Shown here piece by piece: positions 1 through 10,099 of a stretch of 32,000 nt of DNA. Where the stretch lies: positions 1,860,001 through 1,892,000 of the forward strand of contig NC_010546.1 in NCBI RefSeq assembly GCF_000017845.1, given 5' to 3'. The translations under genes and the position numbers were made by a program. The DNA is from Crocosphaera subtropica ATCC 51142. Lineage in GTDB: Bacteria; Cyanobacteriota; Cyanobacteriia; Cyanobacteriales; Microcystaceae. Below the pieces are notes generated by a model that was not told the DNA's origin, searched no databases, and saw only the letters and a list, made by a program, of their open reading frames with translations. Each line of letters opens with the position of its first letter. Within the stretch, counting starts at the first letter, position 1.

Positions 1-25
1 TAGGGGCTTTTTATATTCTCAGTAT

Positions 26-3000
26 TTAACTGGATTTTCCGGCTAAGGTACGGCGTTTCATGACCAGTTCGTAGGCTTCGATGATATCGCCTTCTTCCCA
101 ATCATTAAACTTATCCACACCAATACCACACTCGTAACCAGAGTTAACCTCTCGCACATCTTCTTTGACACGCTTCAGAGAATCCAAGGCCCCTTGATAG
201 ACCACCTTGTCGCCTCTGTGGACACGAATTTGACGGTTACGGACGACTTTACCCGACTGTACATAACAACCAGCTACGGCACCACGACCCACGGTGAATA
301 CAGCCCGAACTTCCGCTTGGCCTAGGGGAGATTCCACTTCTTCGGGTTCAAGTAACCCTTCCATCGCTCCCTCAATATCATCAAGAAGTTTATAGATAAT
401 ATCGTATTCACGAATATCTACCCCTTCATGATCGGCTGCTGCCCTAGCACCACTGGCTAAGGTGGTATTAAAGCCAATAATTACCGCACCACTAGCGGCT
501 GCTAGATCCACATCCGTTTCCGTTACTTCTCCTGGAGAAGCAAGAAGAACCCGTATTTGCACCTCATTTTGAGGTAACTGTTCTAACGCTCCTAAAATCG
601 CTTCAACAGACCCTTGAACATCCGCTTTGAGGATGAGATTAAGTTCTTTTAACTCCCCTTCTTGCGCTTGAGCGGATAGGGTACTTAAAGTAACCCGACG
701 GGAAGACATGGCCTGTTGCAGACGGGTTTGACGTTGATTTTCCGCATTATTCTCAGCAATGGTGCGAGCTTCTTTTTCACTGGGATAAACCTCAAATTCA
801 TCCCCGGCAGCTGGCACACTATTTAAGCCCAAAATTTCTACGGCAAAAGAAGGAGAAGCTTCTTCTACTTTGTTACCTCGATCGTCGATCATGGCACGGA
901 TTTTACCAAAGACAGAACCGGCTACGATGGCATCTCCCACCCGTAACGTCCCATTTTGCACCAGAAGGGTAGCAACGGGTCCTCTGGTGCGGTCTAAGTT
1001 GGCTTCTATGACCGTTCCTTTGGCTAAGCGATCGGGGTTGGCCACTAATTCTTCTACTTCTGAAACTAGGACGAGCATCTCTAATAATTCATCGAGATTT
1101 TCTCCTTTCAACGCACTCACCGGCACCATAATGGTTTCACCGCCCCATTCTTCGGGGACGAGACTGAGTTCGGAGAGTTCTTGTTTAATGCGATCGGGGT
1201 TGGCTTCTGGTTTATCAATTTTATTAATGGCCACCACAATGGGAACTTCTGCTGCTTGAGCGTGACTAATGGCTTCTCTGGTTTGCGGTTGTACCCCATC
1301 ATCGGCAGCTACCACTAGAATAGCCATATCCGTGACCCTAGCCCCTCTCGCTCGCATGGCGGTAAAGGCTTCGTGGCCTGGCGTATCTAAGAAGACAATT
1401 TGTTGAGTTTCTCCTTCATGGGTGATATCCACATGATAAGCCCCGATATGTTGGGTAATACCGCCTGCTTCTCCTTGAGCCACTTTGGTTTTACGAATGG
1501 AGTCGAGCAAGGTCGTTTTCCCGTGATCTACATGACCCATAATGGTAACCACAGGGGGACGACGTTGTAGATTTTCCAAGTCTTGCTCATCGAGCATTTC
1601 TGTATTCTTAGTGGCCGCTGATTTAGCTTCAGGAATTTCTACCTCAATATCAAAGGCTTCTGTGACCATTTTGGCCGTATCTTGGTCTAATGTTTCGGTG
1701 ATATTAACCGCAATGCCTTTGGAAAACAGATGTTTAATAATTTCGGTTTCAGCAATTTGCAAGTGTTCTGAGAGTTCCCTAACCGTTAAGTTTCTATCAA
1801 GAACAACTTTTTCAGGCTTCTGACGAGCTTCTGGCCGTTCTCGTCGCTCTGTGCGACTGCGATCGGGACTACTATCGGCGGTTTTGAGGGTTGGTTTTTT
1901 CGGTTTTTGGGCGTTTGTGTTAGGTTTGGTTTGAGATTTCGGTTTCGGGGGACGGGCTGTAGACAGACTTAAACTGAGAGAAACCGGATTAGCATTGAGT
2001 TCGGTTTCAAAATCGTCCTCATCATCGTCGATAGGTTGGAAACGGCGTTTTCCTTTAGTTAATCCTTTATTAGTTTTACCTTTGGGTTCTTGTTCCTCTT
2101 CATCCTCTTCCCAATCTTTCCGTTTAGAGATACGGGGGGGAGAGGGACGTTTTAATTGAGGTTTAGGTTTGAGAACAGCATCGAGAGTATCATCATTATC
2201 CTCTTCCTCGTCAATAGCTGACGCTGGTTGCACCGACGGAGCCACTAAAGCCGGGGTTTCCTCTTCCTCTGCTTGGGGAGCAACAGGACGTTTTAAGTCT
2301 GGCTTATTAATACCAGGCTTTTTCAGATTTTTTGGAGTGGCTTGAGTCTCACTTGACCCTTCTGGTTTAGAAACCGTTGGTTTTTGGGATTTATCTTTAG
2401 GTTTAGGAGGGGTATTTTGGGAAGCTTTTTTAGAGGGTTTAACTTTATTTTTCCCTTCCGCAGGAGGTTTAGACGGTTTATTTTTAACCGGTTTACTGAT
2501 CGGTTTTGGGGATGCCTCAGGGGAAGATTTGACTGGGGGTTTAGGGGGTTGAGGGGGTTCCAACAGATTGGCTGCCATTGGTTCTGGTTCTGGAGGAGCA
2601 GAGGGTTGAGAGGGGGGTTGAGGGGTAGCTTGTGAGGGTTGAGCCGCTGTGGAAGGAGTCGGTTTTTGGGGTGGGGTAGGAGGAGTTGGCGGTTTAGGGG
2701 GAACGGGGGGACGAGGAGACTTCAAATTAGCTGATGGAGTCTCTGAACGCTTGGCTTCAGAACTGGGACGAACCTGTTTGTGGTGAATGGCCAAAATTTG
2801 TTGTTTTTTATCCCCTGAAGCTCCTCCATCGTTGGCTTGAGAAGTTCCTTGTTGAGCCAGATATTTGTCAACCATTCCCTTAATTCGCTCTGCATCTGAT
2901 TCAGTAATAGTGCTACTGTGGCTTTTAACAGCAATATTTAGCTGACCACAAATTTCTAAAATTTCTCTGTTTTCTAAATTCAATTCTTTTGATAAATCGT

Positions 3001-3028
3001 AAATTCTGACTTTGTGTGCGTTGTTCAT
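26..3028 (-). CDS. infB: Translation initiation factor IF-2 (1000 aa) with a long Pro/Lys/Glu-rich N-terminal linker
   Basis: IF2_N-type start ([11 protein letters not shown]). GTPase motifs [13 protein letters not shown] and NKID, plus conserved C-terminal IF2 domains. Lies downstream of nusA-ylxR on the same strand. Confidence 0.97.
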   Translation of the reverse strand: MNNAHKVRIYDLSKELNLENREILEICGQLNIAVKSHSSTITESDAERIKGMVDKYLAQQGTSQANDGGASGDKKQQILAIHHKQVRPSSEAKRSETPSANLKSPRPPVPPKPPTPPTPPQKPTPSTAAQPSQATPQPPSQPSAPPEPEPMAANLLEPPQPPKPPVKSSPEASPKPISKPVKNKPSKPPAEGKNKVKPSKKASQNTPPKPKDKSQKPTVSKPEGSSETQATPKNLKKPGINKPDLKRPVAPQAEEEETPALVAPSVQPASAIDEEEDNDDTLDAVLKPKPQLKRPSPPRISKRKDWEEDEEEQEPKGKTNKGLTKGKRRFQPIDDDEDDFETELNANPVSLSLSLSTARPPKPKSQTKPNTNAQKPKKPTLKTADSSPDRSRTERRERPEARQKPEKVVLDRNLTVRELSEHLQIAETEIIKHLFSKGIAVNITETLDQDTAKMVTEAFDIEVEIPEAKSAATKNTEMLDEQDLENLQRRPPVVTIMGHVDHGKTTLLDSIRKTKVAQGEAGGITQHIGAYHVDITHEGETQQIVFLDTPGHEAFTAMRARGARVTDMAILVVAADDGVQPQTREAISHAQAAEVPIVVAINKIDKPEANPDRIKQELSELSLVPEEWGGETIMVPVSALKGENLDELLEMLVLVSEVEELVANPDRLAKGTVIEANLDRTRGPVATLLVQNGTLRVGDAIVAGSVFGKIRAMIDDRGNKVEEASPSFAVEILGLNSVPAAGDEFEVYPSEKEARTIAENNAENQRQTRLQQAMSSRRVTLSTLSAQAQEGELKELNLILKADVQGSVEAILGALEQLPQNEVQIRVLLASPGEVTETDVDLAAASGAVIIGFNTTLASGARAAADHEGVDIREYDIIYKLLDDIEGAMEGLLEPEEVESPLGQAEVRAVFTVGRGAVAGCYVQSGKVVRNRQIRVHRGDKVVYQGALDSLKRVKEDVREVNSGYECGIGVDKFNDWEEGDIIEAYELVMKRRTLAGKSS

Positions 3029-3230
3029 CCACTATCCCCCTGACTAGGTGTTGGCTACTGTAGTTGTTCAAGTCGCCTATGAAAGCGACGGATAAGCCCA
3101 AGGGTTGAGCTATTGGTTTGAGGTTTGATAATCATGACTACGAAAACAATGTTCTCTCCTATGCTAACGATAATAATGAGTTTTGCTTCTAAATTTTTCC
3201 CGAAATTTCTTGATACAATCATGGTAAACA

Positions 3231-3494
3231 TCAAGTGTCTAGAACAGACTTTTCTAAACGTTTCCATAATTGTTGGTAGATCCTCTCAGGAATAGAGGTT
3301 TTAAGTCCCCGTCCTAAACGATTTTTTTTACTGGCTAGGGTTAAACAACTTGCGTTAGGACAGAGATAGGCTGATCTGCCCATGCCCTGATCTAATTGTA
3401 CCTGGCGAGATGGGTAGACTCGTACAATTCGCCAAAATGCTTCTTTGGGAGCAACCCGACGGCAACTGATACAACGTCGATAATTGGGTTTCAT
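3231..3494 (-). CDS. ylxR: YlxR/DUF448-family small RNA-binding protein of the nusA-infB operon
   Basis: 87-aa ORF between nusA and infB. Its N-terminal RRCISCRR...FWRIVRV pattern is typical of this family. The position in the operon is conserved. Confidence 0.85.
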   Translation of the reverse strand: MKPNYRRCISCRRVAPKEAFWRIVRVYPSRQVQLDQGMGRSAYLCPNASCLTLASKKNRLGRGLKTSIPERIYQQLWKRLEKSVLDT

Positions 3495-3546
3495 GGCAAT
3501 ATCTTTTGAAAATAGAAAACGGGCTTAGGGTTTGAGCCTCTATCCT

Positions 3547-4833
3547 TCAAGACAGGGTGGAATTATCAAATTCCTCTGCACTGTTGAGATCAGACTCATC
3601 TTCTTCAACAGGAGGGGTCATGGCCGCCAACTCAGTTCCATCGTCCTCGTCGTCCTCTTCCTCCCTTGCTTGGGCTTCGAGTTGTCGTTTCTCGGCCTCG
3701 GCTTTATAGAGGGCAATATCTTTGATATCAATTTTCCATCCGGTTAAACGGGCGGCTAAACGAACGTTTTGACCTTCTTTGCCAATGGCTAAGCTGAGTT
3801 GATCTTCGGCTACTAAGACTAGGGCGTGACGTTCTTCTGCATTTAATAACACAACTTCGTCGACTCGGGCCGGACTCAAAGCGTTGGCGATATAGGTGGC
3901 CGGGTCTGGGGACCAACGAATGACATCAATTTTCTCTCCTCTAAGTTCATTGACGACTGCTTGAATACGAGAACCTCTAGCTCCAATACAGGCCCCAACC
4001 GGATCAACGTCTCTTTCTAACGTATCGACGGCAATTTTGGTTCTAGGGCCAACATAACGAGAGGGAGGGTTAGCTTCTCTCGAAACGGCCACAATACGGA
4101 CGATATCTTCTTCAATTTCAGGAACTTCCACTGAGAACATATCCACCACTAAACCAGCAGCCCCACGAGAAACCAATAATTGAGGGCCACGATGAGAACC
4201 TTCTCTAACTTTTTTGAGTAACACTTTAAAAGAAGCGTTAGCTCGATAGTTATCATTAGGGAGTTGTTCCCGTTTGGGTAAAATAGCCTCAACTTCTGGC
4301 TGCCCAAAGGCGCTTTGTACAGCAACAATAATATCTTGTCGCTCAAACCTTAATACTCTGGCGTTGAGAACCGTTCCTTCTAACTCATGAAATTCTTCTT
4401 GAATCAGTTTACGTTGTTGATCCCGTAATTTTTGCAGAAGCACTTGTTTGGTTTGAATGGCGGCCATACGACCGAAATCTTTTTGTTCCGGGGTCACATC
4501 TAAGACTACTTCATCCCCCAGTTGAGCTTCCGAGGCCACTTCTTGCACTTCTTGAAGAGAAATATGATGATCGCTATTTTCCACCTCTTCGACAATTCTT
4601 TTGGTCGATAAAATACGAAACCCTTCCTCTTCGGTATCGAGTTCTACCTCAAAATTATCAAAATATTCATCATAAAATTGTTGACGATCTAGATTTTGGG
4701 AACGACGAAACCGCTCATACCCTTTGAGTAACGCTTCTCTCAGGGCTTCTTGAACAGCTGTTTTCGGTAAATTATGCCGTTGACTAATTTCTTCGATCAT
4801 CTGGGTTAACCCCGGTAAACTCACTAATGACAT
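3547..4833 (-). CDS. nusA: Transcription termination/antitermination factor NusA
   Basis: 428-aa ORF with two KH-type GXXG modules (GACIGARGSRIQ and LAIGKEGQNVRLA) and an acidic C-terminal tail. AGGAGG lies 10 nt upstream of the ATG. Sits between rimP and ylxR. Confidence 0.97.
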   Translation of the reverse strand: MSLVSLPGLTQMIEEISQRHNLPKTAVQEALREALLKGYERFRRSQNLDRQQFYDEYFDNFEVELDTEEEGFRILSTKRIVEEVENSDHHISLQEVQEVASEAQLGDEVVLDVTPEQKDFGRMAAIQTKQVLLQKLRDQQRKLIQEEFHELEGTVLNARVLRFERQDIIVAVQSAFGQPEVEAILPKREQLPNDNYRANASFKVLLKKVREGSHRGPQLLVSRGAAGLVVDMFSVEVPEIEEDIVRIVAVSREANPPSRYVGPRTKIAVDTLERDVDPVGACIGARGSRIQAVVNELRGEKIDVIRWSPDPATYIANALSPARVDEVVLLNAEERHALVLVAEDQLSLAIGKEGQNVRLAARLTGWKIDIKDIALYKAEAEKRQLEAQAREEEDDEDDGTELAAMTPPVEEDESDLNSAEEFDNSTLS

Positions 4834-4873
4834 CTTAAGAAAACCTCCTAAACCGCTTCAATTTCAATTTTGG

Positions 4874-5329
4874 TTAATCTGCTAATTGCACTTTAGTAAT
4901 GACAGCACAAGGGATGGCGATCGCTCGTCCTTTGCGATTGAGATAAACTGCTTTCTCATCTCGTCCCTGGAGTCTTCCCCGCCATTCTTTTTTGTCCTTA
5001 TAGGGAGGGTTTGTGGCAATGTTGACCTCAAAACCCTTAAAAGCAATAAAGTCCCGTTCACTGTTTAAATATCGGGAAATGCCAGGACTCGAAATTTCTA
5101 AGACGTAAGCCCCAGGCATAATGGCTGTTTCATCTAAGACAGCTTCTAAGGCACGACTCACTTGTTCACAGTCATTTAAGCTGGTATCACTGGCAGGGTT
5201 ACGAATATCAACCCGCAGGACGGGAGGGCGTTTATTGGTTTGAAACACCACCTCTACTACGTCTAACCCCATTTCTTCGACAATGGGGGTGGCTAAATCG
5301 ATAATTTGTGGAATCAAAGGATGAGTCAT
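4874..5329 (-). CDS. rimP: Ribosome maturation factor RimP
   Basis: 151-aa ORF immediately upstream of nusA. Carries a RimP-type SSPG motif (LEISSPGISRYL). Confidence 0.92.
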   Translation of the reverse strand: MTHPLIPQIIDLATPIVEEMGLDVVEVVFQTNKRPPVLRVDIRNPASDTSLNDCEQVSRALEAVLDETAIMPGAYVLEISSPGISRYLNSERDFIAFKGFEVNIATNPPYKDKKEWRGRLQGRDEKAVYLNRKGRAIAIPCAVITKVQLAD

Positions 5330-5575
5330 GATTCAGACCATAAAAAAAAGCGGGTTGTTGCCCCACTCCCTTTACATCTCAATAAATTGGGAATATACGG
5401 TATCAATTACCGTTTGAATGTGCTTCAAATTATTAGTTTAGCAAATCTTGTCTCACAACGTCTGGTTAGACAGACTTCAATAGATCACAAAGATCCTAGT
5501 TAAGATTGCGAGGGAGCAGGAGAGTAGGGAGCAGGGAGAAGTCTTTAACCAGTAAGTTTTCGATCTATTGACACC

Positions 5576-5605
5576 TAAAAAAAGAAATAATCTCTCCGAA
5601 GAGAG
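5576..5605 (-). terminator. Intrinsic terminator downstream of the squalene/phytoene-synthase-family gene
   Basis: The minus-strand RNA reads UCUCUC-UUCG-GAGAGA followed by UUAUUUCUUUUUUU. It lies 40 nt after the stop codon at 5645-5647. Confidence 0.65.
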
Positions 5606-5644
5606 ACTTTAACAAAAATAAATTAGTTTGAAGTCGTCCTAAAT

Positions 5645-6457
5645 TTAACGGGTGACCTGTTGTACCAATGCCATCACATCACTACGACTCAATTTTTCTT
5701 TACCTAAAGCCATGACTTCTAAGGTTCCGTGGGCTAACGCTAAAGGAATTTTACAAAAATCTAAAGCAGGACCTGGCCCTAAAGACTGGGTGTAAAGATC
5801 GGCTAATTTTAGGTTATCACGGGCGTATTGATGGACATCTTCAATTTTCCATCCTTGTGGAATAAAATTCACCCCACGGCGCAAGTCTTCTCGATGATTC
5901 CGCACAATATTAACCGCTTGTAACCCTCTACCAAAACCAATGGCATATTGACGGTTGGTTTGGGTGCCATCGTACCAAGCCCATAAATCCGATAATAATA
6001 GTCCGACAGCACCGGCAACACTAAAAGTATATTGATCTAAATGGGCTTTCGTGCGAATTGTCCAGTTATTTTCAGCCCAATAAGCCATGCGATCAGCCAT
6101 AGATGCTGTGGCATCCCAAACTCTCGGGGCAATGGTTTCAGGGGCTAACATCGCCCATTGTCCCAACCGCAGACTGACATCGGGTAAACAATGGCTATAG
6201 GGAACTAATCCGACGGAAAAGTCTTCAATTCCTGACATTTCTACCGCTGCTTGTAAATTAAGGCTCATTTGCCGCAGGATTTTGCCTTTGGTGAAGTTAT
6301 CGAGATCGGGGTGATCTTCTACTTCATCAATAGCCCGCATACAAAGGTAAGCAGAAGCAACAGCATCCTGTAACCCACCAGGAAGACGACTGATAGGGAT
6401 ATAAAAGGTTCGACTGGTGTCTCTAAGAGTCTTTAGAGCATTATTGCGTAAATTCAT
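5645..6457 (-). CDS. Squalene/phytoene synthase family protein (head-to-head isoprenoid synthase fold, HpnC/D-like size)
   Basis: Asp-rich motif AIDEVEDH and second motif NHREDLRRG. GAGGAG 8 nt upstream of the ATG at 6457 favours that start over the in-frame GTG at 6466 used by the ORF track. Confidence 0.8.
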   Translation of the reverse strand: MNLRNNALKTLRDTSRTFYIPISRLPGGLQDAVASAYLCMRAIDEVEDHPDLDNFTKGKILRQMSLNLQAAVEMSGIEDFSVGLVPYSHCLPDVSLRLGQWAMLAPETIAPRVWDATASMADRMAYWAENNWTIRTKAHLDQYTFSVAGAVGLLLSDLWAWYDGTQTNRQYAIGFGRGLQAVNIVRNHREDLRRGVNFIPQGWKIEDVHQYARDNLKLADLYTQSLGPGPALDFCKIPLALAHGTLEVMALGKEKLSRSDVMALVQQVTR

Positions 6458-6706
6458 TAATTTCACTCCTCACGCCAACTTTAAGCATTAGCATACACTT
6501 ACTTATCTGTGAGATCCCACTAAACTATTGTGAAGTTCCTGACAAACGGAATTTGGGGGTTTTATCATGAGAGTTAGAACGTAGGACGGTATGGTTATAA
6601 AGATGGTGTCCATTGTATTATGGTTCGCCAAAATTTGCCGTAATCCCATATTCAATTCGTTTTTTGTACCAAATCAAGAAATGAGTCATATCAAGAAATA
6701 GGGCGC

Positions 6707-6735
6707 AAAAAAGCCCCGTCATAAAACGGACGGGG
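6707..6735 (-). terminator. Intrinsic terminator downstream of the 815-aa membrane protein gene
   Basis: The minus-strand RNA reads CCCCGUC-CGUUUUAU-GACGGGG-CUUUUUU, giving a 7-bp GC-rich stem and a U6 tract. It lies about 95 nt after the stop at 6828. Confidence 0.75.
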
Positions 6736-6827
6736 ACGCACTCTGTACCGTTAGCTTCTTTTGTCTTGATGCCCCTTTATTCCAGATGGATCACAGTGGC
6801 ATCACTGTTTAAGAAGCTTGGGTTAAG

Positions 6828-9275
6828 TTACACTGAATGAACAGTATTTTTAAACTGTCCGAAAAGTTCACAAAACTCTTCGTAACTGATGTGATGGTCA
6901 CTATTTTGATCAGCTAATTTTAGCATTTCCTCGATTTGGCTGTCAGACAAACTGATATCAATATCTCGTAAACACAAGCGTAATTCTTCGAGATTAATGT
7001 AACCAGAATTATCCACGTCAAAGCGACGGAACCTTTCAAACATTCCCTCTTGAGGATGCTCCGTTAATTCTTGGTGCAGTAAAGTCGTAAAGTTGGCAAA
7101 AGAGATATATTCACTCTTCGGGGTTCCTGTGATCATATCCATTACTTCTTGCACTCGTTCGGCAGAGTAAGAACGACCAATAGCCCTTAATAAAGAGTGT
7201 AACTCCACAGCAGAGAGGTTATCATTACCATCTTTGTCAAACTTACTAAAGGTATTGCGATAAAAAGTCATTTGTTCATCGCTAATTTCTCCCAGGTTAC
7301 AAGAAGGATTAATTTTACCTTCGGCCAGGGCATCAAGGTGTTCAATGGCACTTAATGTATAGGCCATGGTTTGCCACAATTGATGAGGATTAGAATGTAG
7401 TAAGATTTCCTCTTCTTCTTGAGAAGTAATGGAATATTCTTCCCGTATTTCCTCAATGGAACGTAATTCTTCAGGGGATAATTTATTCAGAAGTTCATTG
7501 AAGGATTCAAAGGGTTTTTTCCCAGTCATCACATCAAATAAATCTAAAACGATCGCTTGATGGGGATGTTCCCTCGAAGACTCCATAATGGTGTCGAGTA
7601 AAGCTTGACGGTAGCTTTCTTGACGTAACCAATCTTCGTGGTTTTGGTGATGTTCAATATCAACTAAGAAGGGATCTTCGACTTCTAATTCGGTTAATAA
7701 CAGTTCATGTTCTTGATCCGTAATATTGAGTTCTAGACGCATTTGACGCATCATTTCAAGACTACTGCTACTATTGGCATAGCCTTCGTTGATGGATTCT
7801 TTGAGAATCCCTTTGTAAGCTTCGATTTTCTTCTCTTTATCGAACCCAGGCAGCACTTTTGCTAAAACATAAACTTCATCAGCCGTAAGATCGTCTAAGG
7901 CTCTTCCATCAAGGAATTGGGCAACATTGAGCTTGAGTTTGCTGAGTTGTTTCCGTAGTCGGGTGGCTAAACTTTCCCGTTGATAACGGTAAGGGTTTCT
8001 GAACCAAGTCCGATACAACCAAACTCCACTACAACCGGCCATCAAGACTGGGAATAAATATCTTAATGGAGTGGGTAACATCCGCACAAAGTTACTGCCA
8101 CCAAAGATGAAGAAGAAGTTAAAGATAAAGAAGGTACACACGGTAAACATACGGTGACGAACCACTTCGGTACTCACCAATTTATGGTTACGGAAGAGAT
8201 ACCCTTTATACAATCTTTCGATTTTGCATCCGAGATAGTAACCCGCTAACCCAAATAAACCAATGGTCAAAGGAACCGCGACAATTTTAGGAATGTTGAT
8301 CAGATTCCCAAAAATGTAAAATCCGGGGTTAAATAAAGTGGCTAATTGATTTTCTTGGTGCGCCCAAGCAGCAGAAATCAAATATTCCCAATTTCCTGCA
8401 AACAGAAAGGGATACACGAAATAACCAACGGTTAGCCCTACATAGGCGTAATAAAGCCATTGTTGTTTAGGATGGGTGATATTTTCCCAGTAGGAACGTT
8501 CTGCATCAATATCCATACAGGGACTATGACAGGCAACACAAGCACTTTGCTCTTTACCCTCTGCGTTGATAGTACGACACATGGATTGCGTCACCAATTG
8601 GCGATCGCCAGTGTGCGCTCTACTATTTAGTAAACCTCTGGGTTCAGCAAACACCTGTTCAACCGGGGCCATGGGACAAATAAATTGACACCAGGATTTT
8701 CCGGCGAAAAAATAATTGACAACCATCGCTGAAATAATGGTTCCAATCAAGAAAAATCCTAAAGCAAGACGATTAGAATTGACAAAGAGGATTCTTGCTG
8801 CAATACCGATAAAAAACAAGACCAATTGTAAGTATAGGTGGTTCTTGGCCAGCCAGGAATTGGGGTCAACTTTCACTAATTCATGACGGGTTTTACCGGT
8901 TTGAGGATTAACCTTTTTTCGAGTTCTTTGAATCCCTAAAGCACGAGGTATTTGGGACATAAACGACAGGGGACAAATGCGTCTCCATGCTTCATGGCCA
9001 AATACCATTAACACAAATACCCCAGTGGGAACAATTAACGCCCAAAACATGATGGCCCCAATGGGATAGGGTTGTTCTGGTAGACATTGCCCTTGGACTA
9101 ACACACAATCGTAGGGCGTAATATTACTGATACTGAGGGGACTCCAAGTGTGTTCGGGTAAGGTTAACCAATAGGAAATAGGGTCATAAAATAAGGAAGT
9201 AATTAGCAATAGCCAACCCAATGCGAGAACCCATCGCACTCGGTGCATATACCGTTCAGGAACTTTCGCGAACAT
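6828..9275 (-). CDS. Polytopic membrane protein with NapH/MauN-like Cys motifs fused to a long cytoplasmic tail carrying EF-hand Ca2+-binding loops
   Basis: The N-terminal roughly 430 aa are hydrophobic, with WRRICPLSF, a CX3CP motif (WCQFICPMAP) and CVACHSPC. The C-terminus has EF-hand loops DKDGNDNLSAVE, DVDNSGYINLEE and DQNSDHHISYEE. Confidence 0.75.
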   Translation of the reverse strand: MFAKVPERYMHRVRWVLALGWLLLITSLFYDPISYWLTLPEHTWSPLSISNITPYDCVLVQGQCLPEQPYPIGAIMFWALIVPTGVFVLMVFGHEAWRRICPLSFMSQIPRALGIQRTRKKVNPQTGKTRHELVKVDPNSWLAKNHLYLQLVLFFIGIAARILFVNSNRLALGFFLIGTIISAMVVNYFFAGKSWCQFICPMAPVEQVFAEPRGLLNSRAHTGDRQLVTQSMCRTINAEGKEQSACVACHSPCMDIDAERSYWENITHPKQQWLYYAYVGLTVGYFVYPFLFAGNWEYLISAAWAHQENQLATLFNPGFYIFGNLINIPKIVAVPLTIGLFGLAGYYLGCKIERLYKGYLFRNHKLVSTEVVRHRMFTVCTFFIFNFFFIFGGSNFVRMLPTPLRYLFPVLMAGCSGVWLYRTWFRNPYRYQRESLATRLRKQLSKLKLNVAQFLDGRALDDLTADEVYVLAKVLPGFDKEKKIEAYKGILKESINEGYANSSSSLEMMRQMRLELNITDQEHELLLTELEVEDPFLVDIEHHQNHEDWLRQESYRQALLDTIMESSREHPHQAIVLDLFDVMTGKKPFESFNELLNKLSPEELRSIEEIREEYSITSQEEEEILLHSNPHQLWQTMAYTLSAIEHLDALAEGKINPSCNLGEISDEQMTFYRNTFSKFDKDGNDNLSAVELHSLLRAIGRSYSAERVQEVMDMITGTPKSEYISFANFTTLLHQELTEHPQEGMFERFRRFDVDNSGYINLEELRLCLRDIDISLSDSQIEEMLKLADQNSDHHISYEEFCELFGQFKNTVHSV

Positions 9276-9672
9276 AATTCTGAATAACTTGTAATGTAGT
9301 TTTTAGGTAGTGATCAGAACAAATACCAATGATAGTTATAGGATTTTCAGTCGTTCGATCACATTGATATCCGATTGCACTCCTAACTGTTTCTATATTT
9401 AGCGATTGTCACAAAAGATTTTGTAGGGAAAGTATCAAAAGACCCTTTTAAGTTAATATTTCTTAATCTCTTATCAGTAATCTCACTAGAAAACAATAAA
9501 GATAAAGTTAAATTTTTAATAATTGATTTTATAATTTGAGGGACTTATTCTTATCGGGTGATGGTTTTAGCAGATTGAGTAAATTTTAGGGAACAGGATA
9601 CACCCCCTTGACGACAAAAGAAATTCATAAGATTCGGCAGGGTTTTGTTCCCTATTTGTCTGAGCAATAGGT

Positions 9673-9966
9673 TTAAGAGACGATATTTTTCCATCCCATT
9701 AATTTTTTACCTAAACGAAAAACAATGGCATTCCCTAATCCTAATGTTTCAACCCCTTCAACTAAAGAAGGTTCCATGTCTTTGAGAGAGTCTAGTAAAT
9801 GAGGACATTGTACAAAATCAAGACAGATTACTGTTGAATGGTTCCAAGGTTCACGGAAAATTTTACATTGGGAAGGAAGGAAACCGATATGAGTCCGAAA
9901 GCGGTTAATGGCTGCTTTCTCAAGTTCCCGACTGGTACACTTAAAAGGTAATTGTGGATTATTCAT
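9673..9966 (-). CDS. Hypothetical protein (97 aa)
   Basis: The ORF has GAGGA 5 nt upstream of its ATG. I do not recognise a family. Confidence 0.55.
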   Translation of the reverse strand: MNNPQLPFKCTSRELEKAAINRFRTHIGFLPSQCKIFREPWNHSTVICLDFVQCPHLLDSLKDMEPSLVEGVETLGLGNAIVFRLGKKLMGWKNIVS

Positions 9967-10099
9967 GCAATCCTCATCATTGATTCTAGGGAAATTTCTA
10001 TCCTTTACTAAGGTAACACTTCGATGAAAAAACCATTGTGATTGTTTTAACTAACTTTTCTATTTGTTAAGATTTCAAAAGTATTTAAGATTACACATA

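Noticed and set aside
111-119. E. coli-type DnaA box TTATCCACA
   Set aside because: It lies inside the infB coding sequence, isolated and far from any AT-rich region. Most likely a chance occurrence.
2380-2720. Repetitive G/T-rich DNA that could be mistaken for a tandem repeat array
   Set aside because: It is the coding sequence of the Pro/Lys-rich IF-2 linker ([16 protein letters not shown] and similar). It has no regular unit or spacer structure.
870-2934. Track ORFs 870-1259(+), 1117-1302(-), 1542-1823(+), 2384-2635(+) and 2722-2934(-) inside infB
   Set aside because: All lie entirely within the strongly supported infB CDS, antisense or out of frame. Their low-complexity translations are typical of shadow ORFs.
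3055-3267. 70-aa minus-strand ORF in the ylxR-infB spacer
   Set aside because: It overlaps the ylxR 3' end out of frame. It has no ribosome-binding site I can see and an odd hydrophobic/low-complexity translation. Probably non-coding operon spacer.
3532-5503. Track ORFs 3532-3747(+), 3728-3916(-), 4149-4346(-), 4886-5068(+) and 5306-5503(+)
   Set aside because: These are shadow ORFs inside or overlapping nusA and rimP, with no motifs or RBS. The ORF at 5306-5503 overlaps the rimP start on the opposite strand.
6591-6701. 36-codon plus-strand ORF (MVIKMVSIVLWFAKICRNPIF...) in the spacer upstream of the squalene-synthase-like gene
   Set aside because: Only a weak AGGA lies too close to the ATG. 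The ORF is short and there is no supporting signal.
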